Source: Candidatus Poribacteria bacterium | GTDB lineage: Bacteria > Poribacteria > WGA-4E > WGA-3G | DNA: 64,000 bases | Assembly: GCA_965214095.1 (NCBI GenBank) | Contig: OZ243938.1 | Span: 4,512,001 to 4,576,000 of the forward strand | Direction of reading: 5' to 3' | Shown: in pieces, positions 19,350 through 30,363 of the stretch | How the letters are laid out: each line of letters starts with the position of its first letter | Position numbering within the stretch: position 1 is the first letter of the stretch | The notes under the pieces: generated by a model | Databases searched by the model: none | Told to the model about the DNA's origin: nothing | The model's input: the letters and a program-made list of their open reading frames with translations, nothing else | Translations under genes and position numbers: made by a program

Positions 19350-21311
19350 TTACCCCGGTGCAAAATCATAGATAGGTTCACGGATAATGACACTTAAGAC
19401 ACTCCAGAACGCACCTATGCAATATTCACCCAGGATTACTCCAAAGAAGAAGAAAATCATTTTATGGTATGTGCTTGGACCTCCGAATCGGAGAGCCATC
19501 CACTTCAAAAAGGTACTGATTACCAAACAACTCCAAAAATAGCCTACACCGAATGTCATGGATATTGGGTATCCAGCAGGATGTAGGGGCCACCATATAA
19601 AACGCATCCGTAAAAACATCAAAAGGAATGTAACACCCATTCCACCTGCCATGAAAGTCATCGCCGGTACATTAGGATCGCGTGGGAATGCAAAGAGACC
19701 AGATAGCCATCCAAATTGGCCAATATGTCCAACCGATGGACCAATTCCACCTCCCGCCCCTGTGACTGCACCTCCGAGACGGTAGAGTTCACTGAGTGTT
19801 GCCCAGAATGATGCAAGTGAACCGAGTACGAGAGCGATTACCATTGCCAAAACCAAACGTTTCGTATTCATATTTGCACGTTCAGCCATTTTGAATGCTT
19901 CCAATTGATGTGGCATAATGTGTTCACGATAACCGCGTCCACTGAAAAACCAAAAGAATGGAAACACCGTCAGGTTGTTCGGCCCGATTCGTCTTGTTCC
20001 AAGAATATTGACTAAAAATTGTTGTGCATTACACATGCCAGCCATTTCATGCGCGGGAGGGCCGATTTCTGCACGTACTCGTGTAATACCGATTGAAATC
20101 GCATAAAAGAAACCGAAGAATGGCAAAATGATTGGCAGTGTCATCCCTGCCTTCAAACAGAACCAGATAATATACAAACTGGCAAGTGCGATTATGAAAA
20201 AAGCAGTTCGATAGCGAATCGGTTCTGTTGAATCATCAATACCATTTGACATACCTAAGATAGTCCTTCCAACTTTTGCTATGTGCCTGCGCGTAACAAG
20301 TAGGGCGATAACAAAAATTGCCATCCATCCACCGATAGATTGTTCACTACCATAGGGAAATGGTGCTGGAATACCAACTGCACTACCGAAAACACGTTGT
20401 ATCTTCTCGAATAGATAGAAGAACCAAAGTGAGAATGATAGGTCGAGAGGCAATAAAAACCCTAAGCCGATGACAAATGGGTACAAAGGAACTGGAATAT
20501 TACCGACTGCGTTCCAAGGTTTTTCAGTAAAGAATGCCCCCCAGTTACGGGCATTATGTCGCACACTGAAATCGGGTAAGATTGGGAAAAAGTGTGCTAA
20601 ACCGTGCCATACATTCGCAGCTGCTGCGATGATGAACCCATACCATAGAATACGGTTGCGAAAGAGTTGTCCTCTACCTCCACCTTCTGTAATCGCCATC
20701 GGGAGTTGAATGATAGGATATGCAAGTTTTTCATGTTCTGTCCACTGTTTTCGGATTAGGACATTCAGACATATCATGATGGTACCAAGTGCCAAGATGA
20801 AAGATGTCCACCACAATGTAGGTAGTATCCATGCCCCACCAATTTTGGCATTATAGAATGGAGTATCGCCTTCATAAAAACCGCGTAATACCTCTTTATC
20901 AGATACAACAAGGTGTTGCGGTATATAACTATGAAAGGTATCAGCCCAATCATTTTCTAATGTAGCGAACCAAAATGCGTGTGGAAGCGCAGGAATAGTT
21001 AATGCCAACGTATCGTGTCCAGCAAGACCAGACGCAATAGACAGCATTGCATAGATCGTGATCATCTCACCTTGAGTGAGTGCGGCTCTCGGTGCTACTC
21101 GTTTTATGAATAGGTTTATCAGAATCAGAAAAAAGATATTAAGAACGACATTCCAAAAGAGTGAGATGGTCGTTGGATGTCCAGAATGCCACACACACTC
21201 AACTTCAATGACCCAGAACACATTGGGTGGTATTAAGAGGATACCAATGAGTATGGCACGCCAAGTGACACCAAAGTCACGTTTAGTATTGGGTTCACTA
21301 ATATTTTGCAC
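19350..21311 (-). CDS. Large polytopic membrane protein (DUF6785/DUF6784-like, OPT-like putative transporter)
   Basis: GVTWRAILIG start; RKQWTEHEKLAYPIIQLP; RFIWWPLHPAGY; many TM segments. Confidence 0.75.
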   Translation of the reverse strand: MQNISEPNTKRDFGVTWRAILIGILLIPPNVFWVIEVECVWHSGHPTTISLFWNVVLNIFFLILINLFIKRVAPRAALTQGEMITIYAMLSIASGLAGHDTLALTIPALPHAFWFATLENDWADTFHSYIPQHLVVSDKEVLRGFYEGDTPFYNAKIGGAWILPTLWWTSFILALGTIMICLNVLIRKQWTEHEKLAYPIIQLPMAITEGGGRGQLFRNRILWYGFIIAAAANVWHGLAHFFPILPDFSVRHNARNWGAFFTEKPWNAVGNIPVPLYPFVIGLGFLLPLDLSFSLWFFYLFEKIQRVFGSAVGIPAPFPYGSEQSIGGWMAIFVIALLVTRRHIAKVGRTILGMSNGIDDSTEPIRYRTAFFIIALASLYIIWFCLKAGMTLPIILPFFGFFYAISIGITRVRAEIGPPAHEMAGMCNAQQFLVNILGTRRIGPNNLTVFPFFWFFSGRGYREHIMPHQLEAFKMAERANMNTKRLVLAMVIALVLGSLASFWATLSELYRLGGAVTGAGGGIGPSVGHIGQFGWLSGLFAFPRDPNVPAMTFMAGGMGVTFLLMFLRMRFIWWPLHPAGYPISMTFGVGYFWSCLVISTFLKWMALRFGGPSTYHKMIFFFFGVILGEYCIGAFWSVLSVIIREPIYDFAPG

Positions 21312-21423
21312 AGATGAAATCCAATCGCTATATCATATTCAGCATTCAATGTTCTCTAAAGCAATTACCTCACACATAGAAGGATCTACTTATATTGATG
21401 CTTAAGTTTCAGTATTTCTTCAA

Positions 21424-22890
21424 TTAAAAATGTGTTATAGGTTCATTCTCTTTCAATTCCCAAACAATATGTCCAAATTTAGATGCACCATCTGAAGTGC
21501 CGGAAAAAGTTTCTGTTTCAATGCCCCAAGCCAATTTATATGCTGATAAGATTTGTGTCAATGATGTAGATATATCACCATAGCCAAGGATAGCAACAGT
21601 ACCGCCGCCTCCACCACCAGTGATTTTCGCCCCGTAGATTCCACCTTGTTCTCCAATTTTTTGTGCGATGTTGACAATACCATCTATCTCAGGTGCACCC
21701 AGTCCTGCTAAATCACGATAACTATCATTAGATTCATACATCAAACGACCAGCCTCGGTGAGATAATCATGCACATTCTCAGGAGCATCATTTACATTCT
21801 TCAGTGCAGATATAAATTTTAACACCCGTTCGTTTTCAAAAATGGGATGTTTTGCACAATCTCTGACGGCATAATCCTTATCAGGATCAACAGTTGTGAC
21901 AGGATCAACTGTCTCTCCGTACTGATCTTGGAAATCACTACCTCGAATCAGTTGGGGTAATAGATGTTCACAGTGTTCTTGAAATTCTTGCACAGATATT
22001 TCGCAAAGATAGTTGCTATCAAGTTTTTTCCATCCAAGTTCCTTTTTCAATATGGACAAACCCATAAACGCAGCTGTACGGGTGTCAATATAGGCACTAC
22101 TTTTCGTGCTTCGAGGCACTTTAGTGTGGATTCCAACAAAACTCACATTTTTAGGACATTCGATATTTTCAAGTATATGATCAGGTTGACATAGGATTGA
22201 CAAAATCTTGTCCTTTATACCTGAAGTAGAAGTTATTTGATCCATTATGCCACAAGGAGCACCGACTACTCTATTTTCAGTTATTTGGGCAAAATGTGCA
22301 ATCTCGTTATCATTTAATTGTAGGTCATAAAGTTGATTGATTGCTGACAAAGTTGCTACTTCAACAGCTGCAGATGAAGCAATACCAGCACCCATTGGGA
22401 TATCGCTTTTGATGATGACCACAGCACCGTGCGGAAACTTATCTACCTTATTTTCTTTTAACAGAGCAAAGAAACAACCGAGTACATAGCCTGCCCATGA
22501 TGAAAGCGAATCCGTATTGAAGAGTTCTTTGATCTTTGAATAAGATTTTAGGTTCCCCTCATCATAGAAATCATTGAGAGACATTCTAACATGTTGCTTA
22601 ATCTGACTATCGATTTGAAGAGTAATAGCAGAAAGGATATTATCTTCTCGCGCTTGACATGCAGCGACGACGGCACGGTTTAATGGCATTTCAAATGTGT
22701 ATGATCCACAATAATCAGCGATACCACCCATTATATCAAGTCTTGCAGGGGCACGCGTAACTACGATTCTACCATCTTTCTGTAAACCGAAGGAAGAAAA
22801 AATAGCAGGCGAGTCTGTCTGTAAAAAGTATTCAAGTTCAACAATCTGAAAGGGTTTTACTTTGGGGCCGTGTATCTGCTCAACTTTCAT
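21424..22890 (-). CDS. GHMP-family sugar kinase (galactokinase/L-arabinokinase-like)
   Basis: RAPARLDIMGGIADY, IPMGAGIASSAA, ENRVVGAPCGIMDQ, GAKITGGGGGG. Confidence 0.9.
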   Translation of the reverse strand: MKVEQIHGPKVKPFQIVELEYFLQTDSPAIFSSFGLQKDGRIVVTRAPARLDIMGGIADYCGSYTFEMPLNRAVVAACQAREDNILSAITLQIDSQIKQHVRMSLNDFYDEGNLKSYSKIKELFNTDSLSSWAGYVLGCFFALLKENKVDKFPHGAVVIIKSDIPMGAGIASSAAVEVATLSAINQLYDLQLNDNEIAHFAQITENRVVGAPCGIMDQITSTSGIKDKILSILCQPDHILENIECPKNVSFVGIHTKVPRSTKSSAYIDTRTAAFMGLSILKKELGWKKLDSNYLCEISVQEFQEHCEHLLPQLIRGSDFQDQYGETVDPVTTVDPDKDYAVRDCAKHPIFENERVLKFISALKNVNDAPENVHDYLTEAGRLMYESNDSYRDLAGLGAPEIDGIVNIAQKIGEQGGIYGAKITGGGGGGTVAILGYGDISTSLTQILSAYKLAWGIETETFSGTSDGASKFGHIVWELKENEPITHF

Positions 22891-22997
22891 CTAATATATC
22901 AATCTGCTGGACAGAGTTTTACTGTATGTTCTTTACAATGTGACTACGTATCTCAAAGTCCATTAACACTTGCTATTTTATACTGAAATGGGTGTAA

Positions 22998-23098
22998 ATA
23001 GTAAATTATAAATATAAGTTGACACTTTTTCCCATGGTAGGCGAGGTTTCCTAACCTCGCCGATGCAGAGTGTTCAAGTAATTTAAAAATCTACTATA
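22998..23098. repeat. Composite element: ATAGT...ACTATA ends around a GGTAG REP-like hairpin
   Basis: GGTAGGCGAGGTT-TCCT-AACCTCGCC core at about 23036-23061; ends match copies at 5355 and 51953. Confidence 0.8.
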
Positions 23099-23106
23099 AT
23101 ATGAAA

Positions 23107-25011
23107 TTAGTAACGGAGAATCGTCGTTGAATCACCGATGATCCACAAAGTTCCGTTCTCTGTTCTAACAATATCTCTTAGATTGTTTCCAGTGGGTGAG
23201 TTTTGTTTTAACCAAGTCACACCACCATCTTGGGTATATAATATAATGCCTTTATCACCGACTGCCCAACCTTCTTTTTCAGTAATAAATAGAATAGCAT
23301 TTATATTTTCTTCTGTAGGTACAGTTTGATCAATCCATGTTCCACCACCATCAGTCGTGATCATGATTGTACCTTGGTTGCCAACTGCCCAAGCAGTTTG
23401 TGGATTAATTCCATAAACATCCTGTAATTCTGCAGAACCAAACGTAATTTTCCAAGTAGCACCACCGTCAGCAGTACTGGCGATTGTACCTGCAAACCCA
23501 ACAATCCATCCAGTTAGGTTATCAATGAAGTGTACTCCGAAAAGATTGTTAAATCCTGCTCCTGTAAACATAGGGTCAATATCAACACCTGCCCATGTAT
23601 CACCGGCATCTGAAGTTGTCATGGCTTTTCCAGTTTCTCCAACTGCCCAAGCGTGGGTAGAAGAGGCGAAACTCATGGCATAGGAACCTAAAGCACCTTT
23701 CCAACCCATAGCACCACCAAATTGGATTCGCGTGGCTCTACCGTGTCCTTCATCCCCAGGGTCACTCACGCTCTTCCACGTTTTTCCACCATCAAGCGTT
23801 TCAAGTAAAGCAGCATTACTCCCAACTATATACCCTTTCTTATCATTTACAAATCCGACACCGAAAAGTTCAAATACATCTCCACTATTTTGTGGTGCCC
23901 AAGTTTTTCCACCATCATTCGTATGTATAACACTTCCAGCTAATCCTACTGCCCATCCGAGATCATCGTTGTGAAAATGTACCGCTCGTAATTCTTTTGC
24001 GTTAGAGACAACATCCCACGTTTCTCCACCATCCATTGTGTGTAAGATTGTTGACTTATCTCCGACGACCCACGCTTCGGCAACACTTTTCATGTGCACA
24101 CCTTGTAAACGTGCTGCAACAGGACGAGAATCAATTGGTTGCCATGTCCTTCCACCATCAAACGTTCTGAGTACAACACCGAATTCCGCTGCAGCAATTC
24201 CCATATTCTTGTTAGTGAAATGGACATCCCATATAGGTTCTGGCATACCATTGGAATTTGGGACATTGCTCTGCTGTACTTCCCAATTGATACCATCTTG
24301 TGTGGAAACAACAGCACCACCTGCACCCACTGCCCATCCAGTAGTGTCATCAAGCATAGAGATTGCATCAAGTGTATTGACCGTCGCACTTGTCTGAAAT
24401 TCCCAATTCATTCCACCATCGGTAGTATGAAGCAGAGTGCCGCCACCACCTGCAGCCCACCCAACATGAGGACTTACAAAGTGTATGCCTTCAATTGTGT
24501 TATTTGTTTCTATTTCCTGCCGTTGCCAAGAAAGTCCACCGTTGTCTGTATGCATCACAAAACCGCCATCGCCACATGCCCATCCGTGGTGCTCATCTAC
24601 GAATGAGACTCCTAAAAGTGCTACGCGGGTATCTGTAGTTAATTTTGTCCATTCTTGTCCACCATCAACTGTTTTTAGCACCATGCCGTTCTCACCGACA
24701 ATCCAACCAATCTTAGGTGTAATAAACCTGACTTTTTTAAACTCGTTTACGAATGGTAACATTTGATTGGGTTGTTGTTTCCAAGTCTTACCACCATCAG
24801 CAGTATTTAGAATAGTTGAATTGCTACCTACAATCCATCCGTTCATATCATCTACAAAAAAGACATCAGAAAAACTTGCCTGCCATGTAGATTCATTAAC
24901 CACTTTCCATTCTTTTTGCGCAAAGACAAACGGTGTTAGGCAAAATAATATAGTCAATAGAGATGCCAATATAATTCTACGTTTCATTACAATTCCTCCT
25001 CCAATTCTCAT
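23107..25011 (-). CDS. Secreted YCF48-like (BNR/Asp-box) repeat beta-propeller protein; likely start ATG 24987
   Basis: About 13 repeats of L..V.F.....GW.VG..G.I..T.DGG.TW; signal peptide MKRRIILASLL...AQ. Confidence 0.88.
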   Translation of the reverse strand: MRIGGGIVMKRRIILASLLTILFCLTPFVFAQKEWKVVNESTWQASFSDVFFVDDMNGWIVGSNSTILNTADGGKTWKQQPNQMLPFVNEFKKVRFITPKIGWIVGENGMVLKTVDGGQEWTKLTTDTRVALLGVSFVDEHHGWACGDGGFVMHTDNGGLSWQRQEIETNNTIEGIHFVSPHVGWAAGGGGTLLHTTDGGMNWEFQTSATVNTLDAISMLDDTTGWAVGAGGAVVSTQDGINWEVQQSNVPNSNGMPEPIWDVHFTNKNMGIAAAEFGVVLRTFDGGRTWQPIDSRPVAARLQGVHMKSVAEAWVVGDKSTILHTMDGGETWDVVSNAKELRAVHFHNDDLGWAVGLAGSVIHTNDGGKTWAPQNSGDVFELFGVGFVNDKKGYIVGSNAALLETLDGGKTWKSVSDPGDEGHGRATRIQFGGAMGWKGALGSYAMSFASSTHAWAVGETGKAMTTSDAGDTWAGVDIDPMFTGAGFNNLFGVHFIDNLTGWIVGFAGTIASTADGGATWKITFGSAELQDVYGINPQTAWAVGNQGTIMITTDGGGTWIDQTVPTEENINAILFITEKEGWAVGDKGIILYTQDGGVTWLKQNSPTGNNLRDIVRTENGTLWIIGDSTTILRY

Positions 25012-25287
25012 TTTTTCCCAAATAAAACATATATGTTAAACAAAATGCTGCCAGTATAAAGAAATAATACCTATAAATTCGTTAAAGTATACCACTACTC
25101 ATAATTCTGAGTCAATGATAATTTGGATTGTACTTGCTACTTTTCAATTGAAAAATTGTCCTTGTCAAAGTGCATTAAATTTGCTATGATTGTGTCATAA
25201 TCTCACATCAAAATGATTTATGGTAAACTGATTAGTATTTAGTAGACTGCAATATGTCGCAGACAAAACTTGATTTAGGAAAATAGA

Positions 25288-26415
25288 ATGATCAATTACG
25301 GCAAAGGTTCGGGGCATCCTTCAGAACTACAGGAATTTGAAGACGAAAAGACCGGAGCACATATCTATCAACTCACTAACGACAACACAATCAACCACAA
25401 TCTTTATTTCCTTACTTCATCCTTTACACCTGACCAAAAACGTTTAGTTTTCACTTCATATCGATCTGGTAAAGCTAACTTCTATCAACTTGAATTTCCT
25501 GATGGTGAAATAATTCAGATAACTGATGGTGAAGCAGTTCATGGATATTCTGGTGTAATATCAAAAGATGGAAAGGAACTCTATTACACGGAAGGAGAAA
25601 CTATAAAGGCAATTCATCTTGACACACTGGAAGAACGTGTGTTAGCAGAATTTGCAGAGGGAAGTCTTGGTGAGTGCAGTGTGAGTGCTGATGAGAAGTA
25701 TATAGTTACGGCAATGAAACGTGATGACAAATCACACATTACCGTAACTGCTACCGATGGCAGTGGTGGTGAGATCATCTACACCTCACCCAATCAGACA
25801 ATTATTCATCCACAGTTCCATCCTACACGGGCAGACATAATAGCATATTCTGGGGATCCTGCCCCACGTATGTGGACGATTAAACGTGATGGATCTGATA
25901 ACCGTAATCTTTATCAACATGATAACAACGAGTTTCTTGTGCATGAAACTTTTCTCGGTTCACAAGACGAATTGATAGTTACACATTGGCCCTATTCTCT
26001 ACGGCGTATATCGTTAGATACTCTTGAGATGCAAACTATCTCCGATTTTAATGCATGGCACATTGCAAGTAATCGCGCAGGAACAAAGGTTTTGTGCGAT
26101 ACGGTTCACCCTGATATTGGGTTGCGGTTGGCTGATGTGGAAACAGGTGAGCATGTGCCTATTTGTTATCCTCAGAGTTCGTCAAGCGGAAGTCAGTGGA
26201 AAAAAGATAGATATGCCGTTGCTGAAGATTGGGCAGCTGCGCAACAATCAGGTGATAGAGAAAAAGCGTTGAGTTGGATGGAGATGAAGGTAGATACCGT
26301 GTATGGACCACAGTGGACACATCCGCATCCATCGTTTAGTCCTGACGAAACATCCGTGGTATATACATCAGATGTTTCGGGGCATTCACAGGTTTATGTT
26401 GCAGTGATTCCGTGA
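25288..26415 (+). CDS. Oligogalacturonate lyase (Ogl/PL22)-like beta-propeller protein
   Basis: DEKTGAHIYQLT, NHNLYF..SFTPD, IHPQFHP, VHETF, THPHPSFSPD..VVYTSD..G..QVY. Confidence 0.8.
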   Translation: MINYGKGSGHPSELQEFEDEKTGAHIYQLTNDNTINHNLYFLTSSFTPDQKRLVFTSYRSGKANFYQLEFPDGEIIQITDGEAVHGYSGVISKDGKELYYTEGETIKAIHLDTLEERVLAEFAEGSLGECSVSADEKYIVTAMKRDDKSHITVTATDGSGGEIIYTSPNQTIIHPQFHPTRADIIAYSGDPAPRMWTIKRDGSDNRNLYQHDNNEFLVHETFLGSQDELIVTHWPYSLRRISLDTLEMQTISDFNAWHIASNRAGTKVLCDTVHPDIGLRLADVETGEHVPICYPQSSSSGSQWKKDRYAVAEDWAAAQQSGDREKALSWMEMKVDTVYGPQWTHPHPSFSPDETSVVYTSDVSGHSQVYVAVIP

Positions 26416-26452
26416 TAATGGTAAGCGGCACTCATTATAATGTAGAATACTG

Positions 26453-27142
26453 TTAGTCATTCAGAAAAGGTAGAATCTGTTGTAAAGCACCTTCTTGTTT
26501 CGCAAAGTCTTTTAGTTCAGGATTAAGACTTATCGCTTTTGCTAAGGATTTCACAGATTCTGTTGTCTCATCAGTAAGTGCATAAGCAATTGCCAGATTA
26601 TAGTGAAGAAGAGGTGCATTAGGGAAAGATTGTAGGGCATGTAGACAAATCTCACGTGCATTTGTCGGTTCGTTCATCCGTAAATAAACAGTGGCGAAGT
26701 TCACATAACCTTCAGGAATATCCGGATTCATCTGAATTACTTTTTTGAAGGTATCAATCGCTTCTATAAATTGACCCGCAAACATATATGCTTGTCCCAG
26801 ATTGTTATATGCCGAAGGTTCATTTTTGAAGAATATTGTACGATTTTTGTTTTTGATTGCTTTTTGATACGATTCAATTGCCTTTTCGTGTTCTCCGTTT
26901 CGCATCAAGAATAGTGCTTCTCTATAGTTATCGTTGAACTGAGATTGATGCTGCCACACCCACAAGAATAGCAAGGTCACTGCAATACAAAATGTCATGC
27001 AACCAATTCTGAATCCTTTATTTGTAGGTGCTTGCTCAGCATCAGAATCTTCTAATGCATCGGTTTCATTATTAATATTAGAGTCTGATACAACAGTTTC
27101 TATAGGTTCTTGACTCTGATTTGAAGTGTCGTTATTATTCAT
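26453..27142 (-). CDS. Membrane-anchored TPR protein
   Basis: One TM segment followed by TPRs (AYNNLGQAY, GYVNFATVY, LHYNLAIAY..AISLNP). Confidence 0.88.
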   Translation of the reverse strand: MNNNDTSNQSQEPIETVVSDSNINNETDALEDSDAEQAPTNKGFRIGCMTFCIAVTLLFLWVWQHQSQFNDNYREALFLMRNGEHEKAIESYQKAIKNKNRTIFFKNEPSAYNNLGQAYMFAGQFIEAIDTFKKVIQMNPDIPEGYVNFATVYLRMNEPTNAREICLHALQSFPNAPLLHYNLAIAYALTDETTESVKSLAKAISLNPELKDFAKQEGALQQILPFLND

Positions 27143-27206
27143 AATTTGCTACAATATAGTAATTACCTATTTATACTTATCATTTTTTTAAGGAATATTA
27201 CAAGTA

Positions 27207-28256
27207 ATGAAAACTTACGGTTTTGGTATCATAGGCTGCGGAATGATTTCAGATTTTCATTCTGCTGCAATTGCTGATTTAGAACATGGAAAGTTAGTAG
27301 CAGTGAGTTCTCGTAATGCTGATAATGCAAAACGACTCACTGATAAATACAATGTTGACGGTTATACTGATTACAATGAGATGCTCAAACGCGATGATCT
27401 TGATATAGTGTGTGTCTGTACACCCAGTGGTGCACATCTTGAACCTGCTGTTGCCGCTGCAGAAGCAGGTAAACATGTGATCGTAGAAAAGCCGCTTGAA
27501 ATAACATTGCAACGTTGTGATGAAATAATACAAGCCTGTAATGATGCAGATGTTCGTCTATGTGCCATATTCAATTCCCGTTTTACCGAAGGTGCTCAAC
27601 TCATAAAATCTACCATTGATAGCGGACGGTTCGGTAAGTTAACATTAGGTAGTGCATATATCAAATGGTACCGTTCTCAAGAATACTATGACAGCGGTGG
27701 TTGGCGTGGCACTTGGAACCTTGATGGTGGTGGTGCATTGATGAACCAATCTATTCACGCCATTGATCTGCTTCAATATTATATGGGTCCTATCAAGTCT
27801 GTGCAAGCATTTACAGATACTTTAGCACACGAACGCATTGAAGTAGAAGATGCGGCAGTTGCAGCACTTCGGTTTGACAACGGTGCGTTAGGTGTCATTG
27901 AAGGCACGACTGCTGCATATCCCGGTATGTTCAAAAAGACCGAAATCTGTGGAACTAAAGGCACTGCTATATTGGAAGAAGAAGACATTACAAAATGGGA
28001 ATTTGATCCTGAACTTCCTGAAGATGCAGAGATACGCGAGAAATACGCGCAACACACTGATACCGGCGGCGGTGCATCCGACCCACGCGCAATCAATAAC
28101 GATAACCACAGAAGACAGATGGAAAACTTTATCTATGGTCTTGAAACTGATGCATCCCATTTAGTTGACGGTCGCGAAGGTCGAAAAGCGGTTGAAATTA
28201 TCCTCGCTATCTATCAGTCAAGTCGTGAAGGTCGTATCGTTGAGTTACCTCTATAA
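27207..28256 (+). CDS. Gfo/Idh/MocA family oxidoreductase
   Basis: IIGCGMI, CTPSGAH, VEKPLE, GGGALMNQSIHAID. Confidence 0.95.
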   Translation: MKTYGFGIIGCGMISDFHSAAIADLEHGKLVAVSSRNADNAKRLTDKYNVDGYTDYNEMLKRDDLDIVCVCTPSGAHLEPAVAAAEAGKHVIVEKPLEITLQRCDEIIQACNDADVRLCAIFNSRFTEGAQLIKSTIDSGRFGKLTLGSAYIKWYRSQEYYDSGGWRGTWNLDGGGALMNQSIHAIDLLQYYMGPIKSVQAFTDTLAHERIEVEDAAVAALRFDNGALGVIEGTTAAYPGMFKKTEICGTKGTAILEEEDITKWEFDPELPEDAEIREKYAQHTDTGGGASDPRAINNDNHRRQMENFIYGLETDASHLVDGREGRKAVEIILAIYQSSREGRIVELPL

Positions 28257-28262
28257 ATGACT

Positions 28263-28290
28263 GTTCGTAGTCGCGCAATTCTTTACGTCT
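28263..28290 (+). repeat. GTAG REP-like unit (family also at 35329 and, inverted, at 56505-56526)
   Basis: GTTCGTAGTCGCGCAATTC here; TTGTAGCCGCGCAATTCATTG at 35327; reverse complement of AATGAATTGCGTGACTACGAAC near 56505. Confidence 0.65.
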
Positions 28291-28345
28291 CGGACATTCA
28301 AATACATAATGTTAGAGCATATATCGGATTTGTAATTCATCGACA

Positions 28346-29311
28346 TTAAGGATAATCAAACACTATCTTTACAGATTCATTTTTCTTATGCAGTGCCATC
28401 TCAAAACCTTTTTGTGCTTCTGTAAATGGTAAATGATGTGTGATTATCGGTGATACATCTATTCGTCCCTGAGCAATCATATCCATTGCTAATGGGAAAT
28501 CATTCAATACATCTGGTCCAACAGAACCGATAAATCTTATGTTCTTTCTGAAAAACTCAGAGAAGTGAAAATTGTACACCTCATCGTCCGGTACACCGAA
28601 TGCCAGGAGAGTCCCGCCACGTTTTAGTAGTTGAAGACAAGTGTTAATTGTCTCAGTTTGATGTCCCACCACTTCAATAACAAGATCAGCCATTCTCCCA
28701 TCTGTAATCTCTTTGACAGCATCAACAATATCTTCATTCGCAGAATTTACCGTATGTGTTGCACGCATCTGTTTTGAAACTTCAAGACGAAAATCAACCA
28801 AATCGGTTGTGACGATAGTTTTTGCTCCGAGATTACTAATCATGTGAGTAATCAGCAATCCCATCGGTCCTTGACCAATAATGACAACATCCTGATTGAG
28901 TAGATTGTCTAACTTCCGACATGCCCAAACAACAGTTCCTAAAGGTTGTGACATCAGCATACAGTCTTTCCTATGAAAATCTACTAAAGGAATAGTCACA
29001 CTCTCATCAGATAGAAAGTATTCTGAACATCCCCCAATATGTCTTGGGAGTGCGAGAACTTCATCTCCCACCTTGAATTTCTTTGACTTACTATCAACGA
29101 TTACCCCAATTGCTTCATGAATAGAGAGTCCCTTTCCAAGCGGATACTGATTAGAGGGTTTTTCCAGAACGAAATGTGGCATGTCACTTCCACAGATTGC
29201 ACTGTGTAGTGCTTTTATCATCACTGTACCATCAGGATAATCTGCAAGATCCGGTTTATCAATATCAATTATTTCTATTTGAAACGGAGCAACGATCTGT
29301 CCAGCTTTCAT
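28346..29311 (-). CDS. Zinc-binding (MDR family) dehydrogenase
   Basis: AICGSD, HEAIG, IIGQGPMG; lacks the 4-Cys structural zinc lobe. Confidence 0.9.
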   Translation of the reverse strand: MKAGQIVAPFQIEIIDIDKPDLADYPDGTVMIKALHSAICGSDMPHFVLEKPSNQYPLGKGLSIHEAIGVIVDSKSKKFKVGDEVLALPRHIGGCSEYFLSDESVTIPLVDFHRKDCMLMSQPLGTVVWACRKLDNLLNQDVVIIGQGPMGLLITHMISNLGAKTIVTTDLVDFRLEVSKQMRATHTVNSANEDIVDAVKEITDGRMADLVIEVVGHQTETINTCLQLLKRGGTLLAFGVPDDEVYNFHFSEFFRKNIRFIGSVGPDVLNDFPLAMDMIAQGRIDVSPIITHHLPFTEAQKGFEMALHKKNESVKIVFDYP

Positions 29312-29356
29312 AAAAACTCCTTTATTCTTACTCTAAAACCAAACAAACTCTTCTAT

Positions 29357-30337
29357 TTAAATCGCAGATATTAGGGACAATGCATCCTCATGCAATACTC
29401 CGTTTGTCGCAACAACTCCACGATTGTTGATCATCCTTCTACCGTCAAGAAAGTTTAGCGGTTTACCATTTGCATCTGTAACTTTACCACCTGCCTCCTC
29501 AACGACTATCTGTCCTGCAGCGTGATCCCAGATACATTCTCTATAGTCAGGATATGCAGGATTCGGGAGACGAAGATAAAGAGAGGCTTCACCACGTGCG
29601 ACAACACCATATTTCGCTTGGCTGTCTATTTGTAGTGGTGGTTTGTTGAGACCAAGTTGCTTTGCAATTTTTATATGTGTATTTCCGTCACCGTGTGTGG
29701 ATTCAAAACTTTCTGCTAATCGTGAGGAATCTGCTGATACGTTTGCTTTTCCTAAATATTGTCCATTGGATGTATATATAGATGTACCTTCTCCTTTAAC
29801 AGCGACAAAAAGACAGCCGCGATCAGAATCAGGATCGTCCAATCTTAAGGGAAGATTGGGACAACCTAAGACACCCAATTCAACTTCACCTTGAACTATC
29901 CACGCTAAGGCAATTGCGTACTGATCTTGCCGTAGAAATCCTTTCGTGCCATCAATCGGGTCTAACGTCCAGAAACTATTAACATTTTCACCATCCCCAA
30001 TATCAATCCAATCGCATACGTTTTCAGAAGAGATTGTTTTCCTTTTCTGTGTATTCTCTGAAATAAATTGATGGACATATTCAGTCACTCGTTCAAGGAG
30101 TTCTGGATTCTGTCTAAGGGAATCTGAATTTTCTTCTGCAATAATAATGTCATTGGGATAGATATCGCTTATTGCTTTACATATAAGGGCTTGTGAACCG
30201 AAATCAGCAACGGTGACAGGACTTCGGTCTTGCTTTCGGATAGCATCGGATGATACCATCTCTGATTGCACTTGAGAACAGAGTTTACTTGCTATATTAA
30301 CTGCATCAACTGCAATCTCAGTTTTTCGATTAAGCAT
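29357..30337 (-). CDS. 3'(2'),5'-bisphosphate nucleotidase (HAL2/SAL1-like, inositol monophosphatase family)
   Basis: KQDRSPVTVADFGSQ, AEE, WTLDPIDGTKGF, DSQAKY, ECIWDHAAG. Confidence 0.92.
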   Translation of the reverse strand: MLNRKTEIAVDAVNIASKLCSQVQSEMVSSDAIRKQDRSPVTVADFGSQALICKAISDIYPNDIIIAEENSDSLRQNPELLERVTEYVHQFISENTQKRKTISSENVCDWIDIGDGENVNSFWTLDPIDGTKGFLRQDQYAIALAWIVQGEVELGVLGCPNLPLRLDDPDSDRGCLFVAVKGEGTSIYTSNGQYLGKANVSADSSRLAESFESTHGDGNTHIKIAKQLGLNKPPLQIDSQAKYGVVARGEASLYLRLPNPAYPDYRECIWDHAAGQIVVEEAGGKVTDANGKPLNFLDGRRMINNRGVVATNGVLHEDALSLISAI

Positions 30338-30363
30338 GTGTGTAGTGCGTTAATTCCAAATTA

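Noticed and set aside
23107-25011. Photosynthesis gene (YCF48/HCF136)
   Set aside because: The repeat family is widespread in non-phototrophs and no photosystem genes are present.
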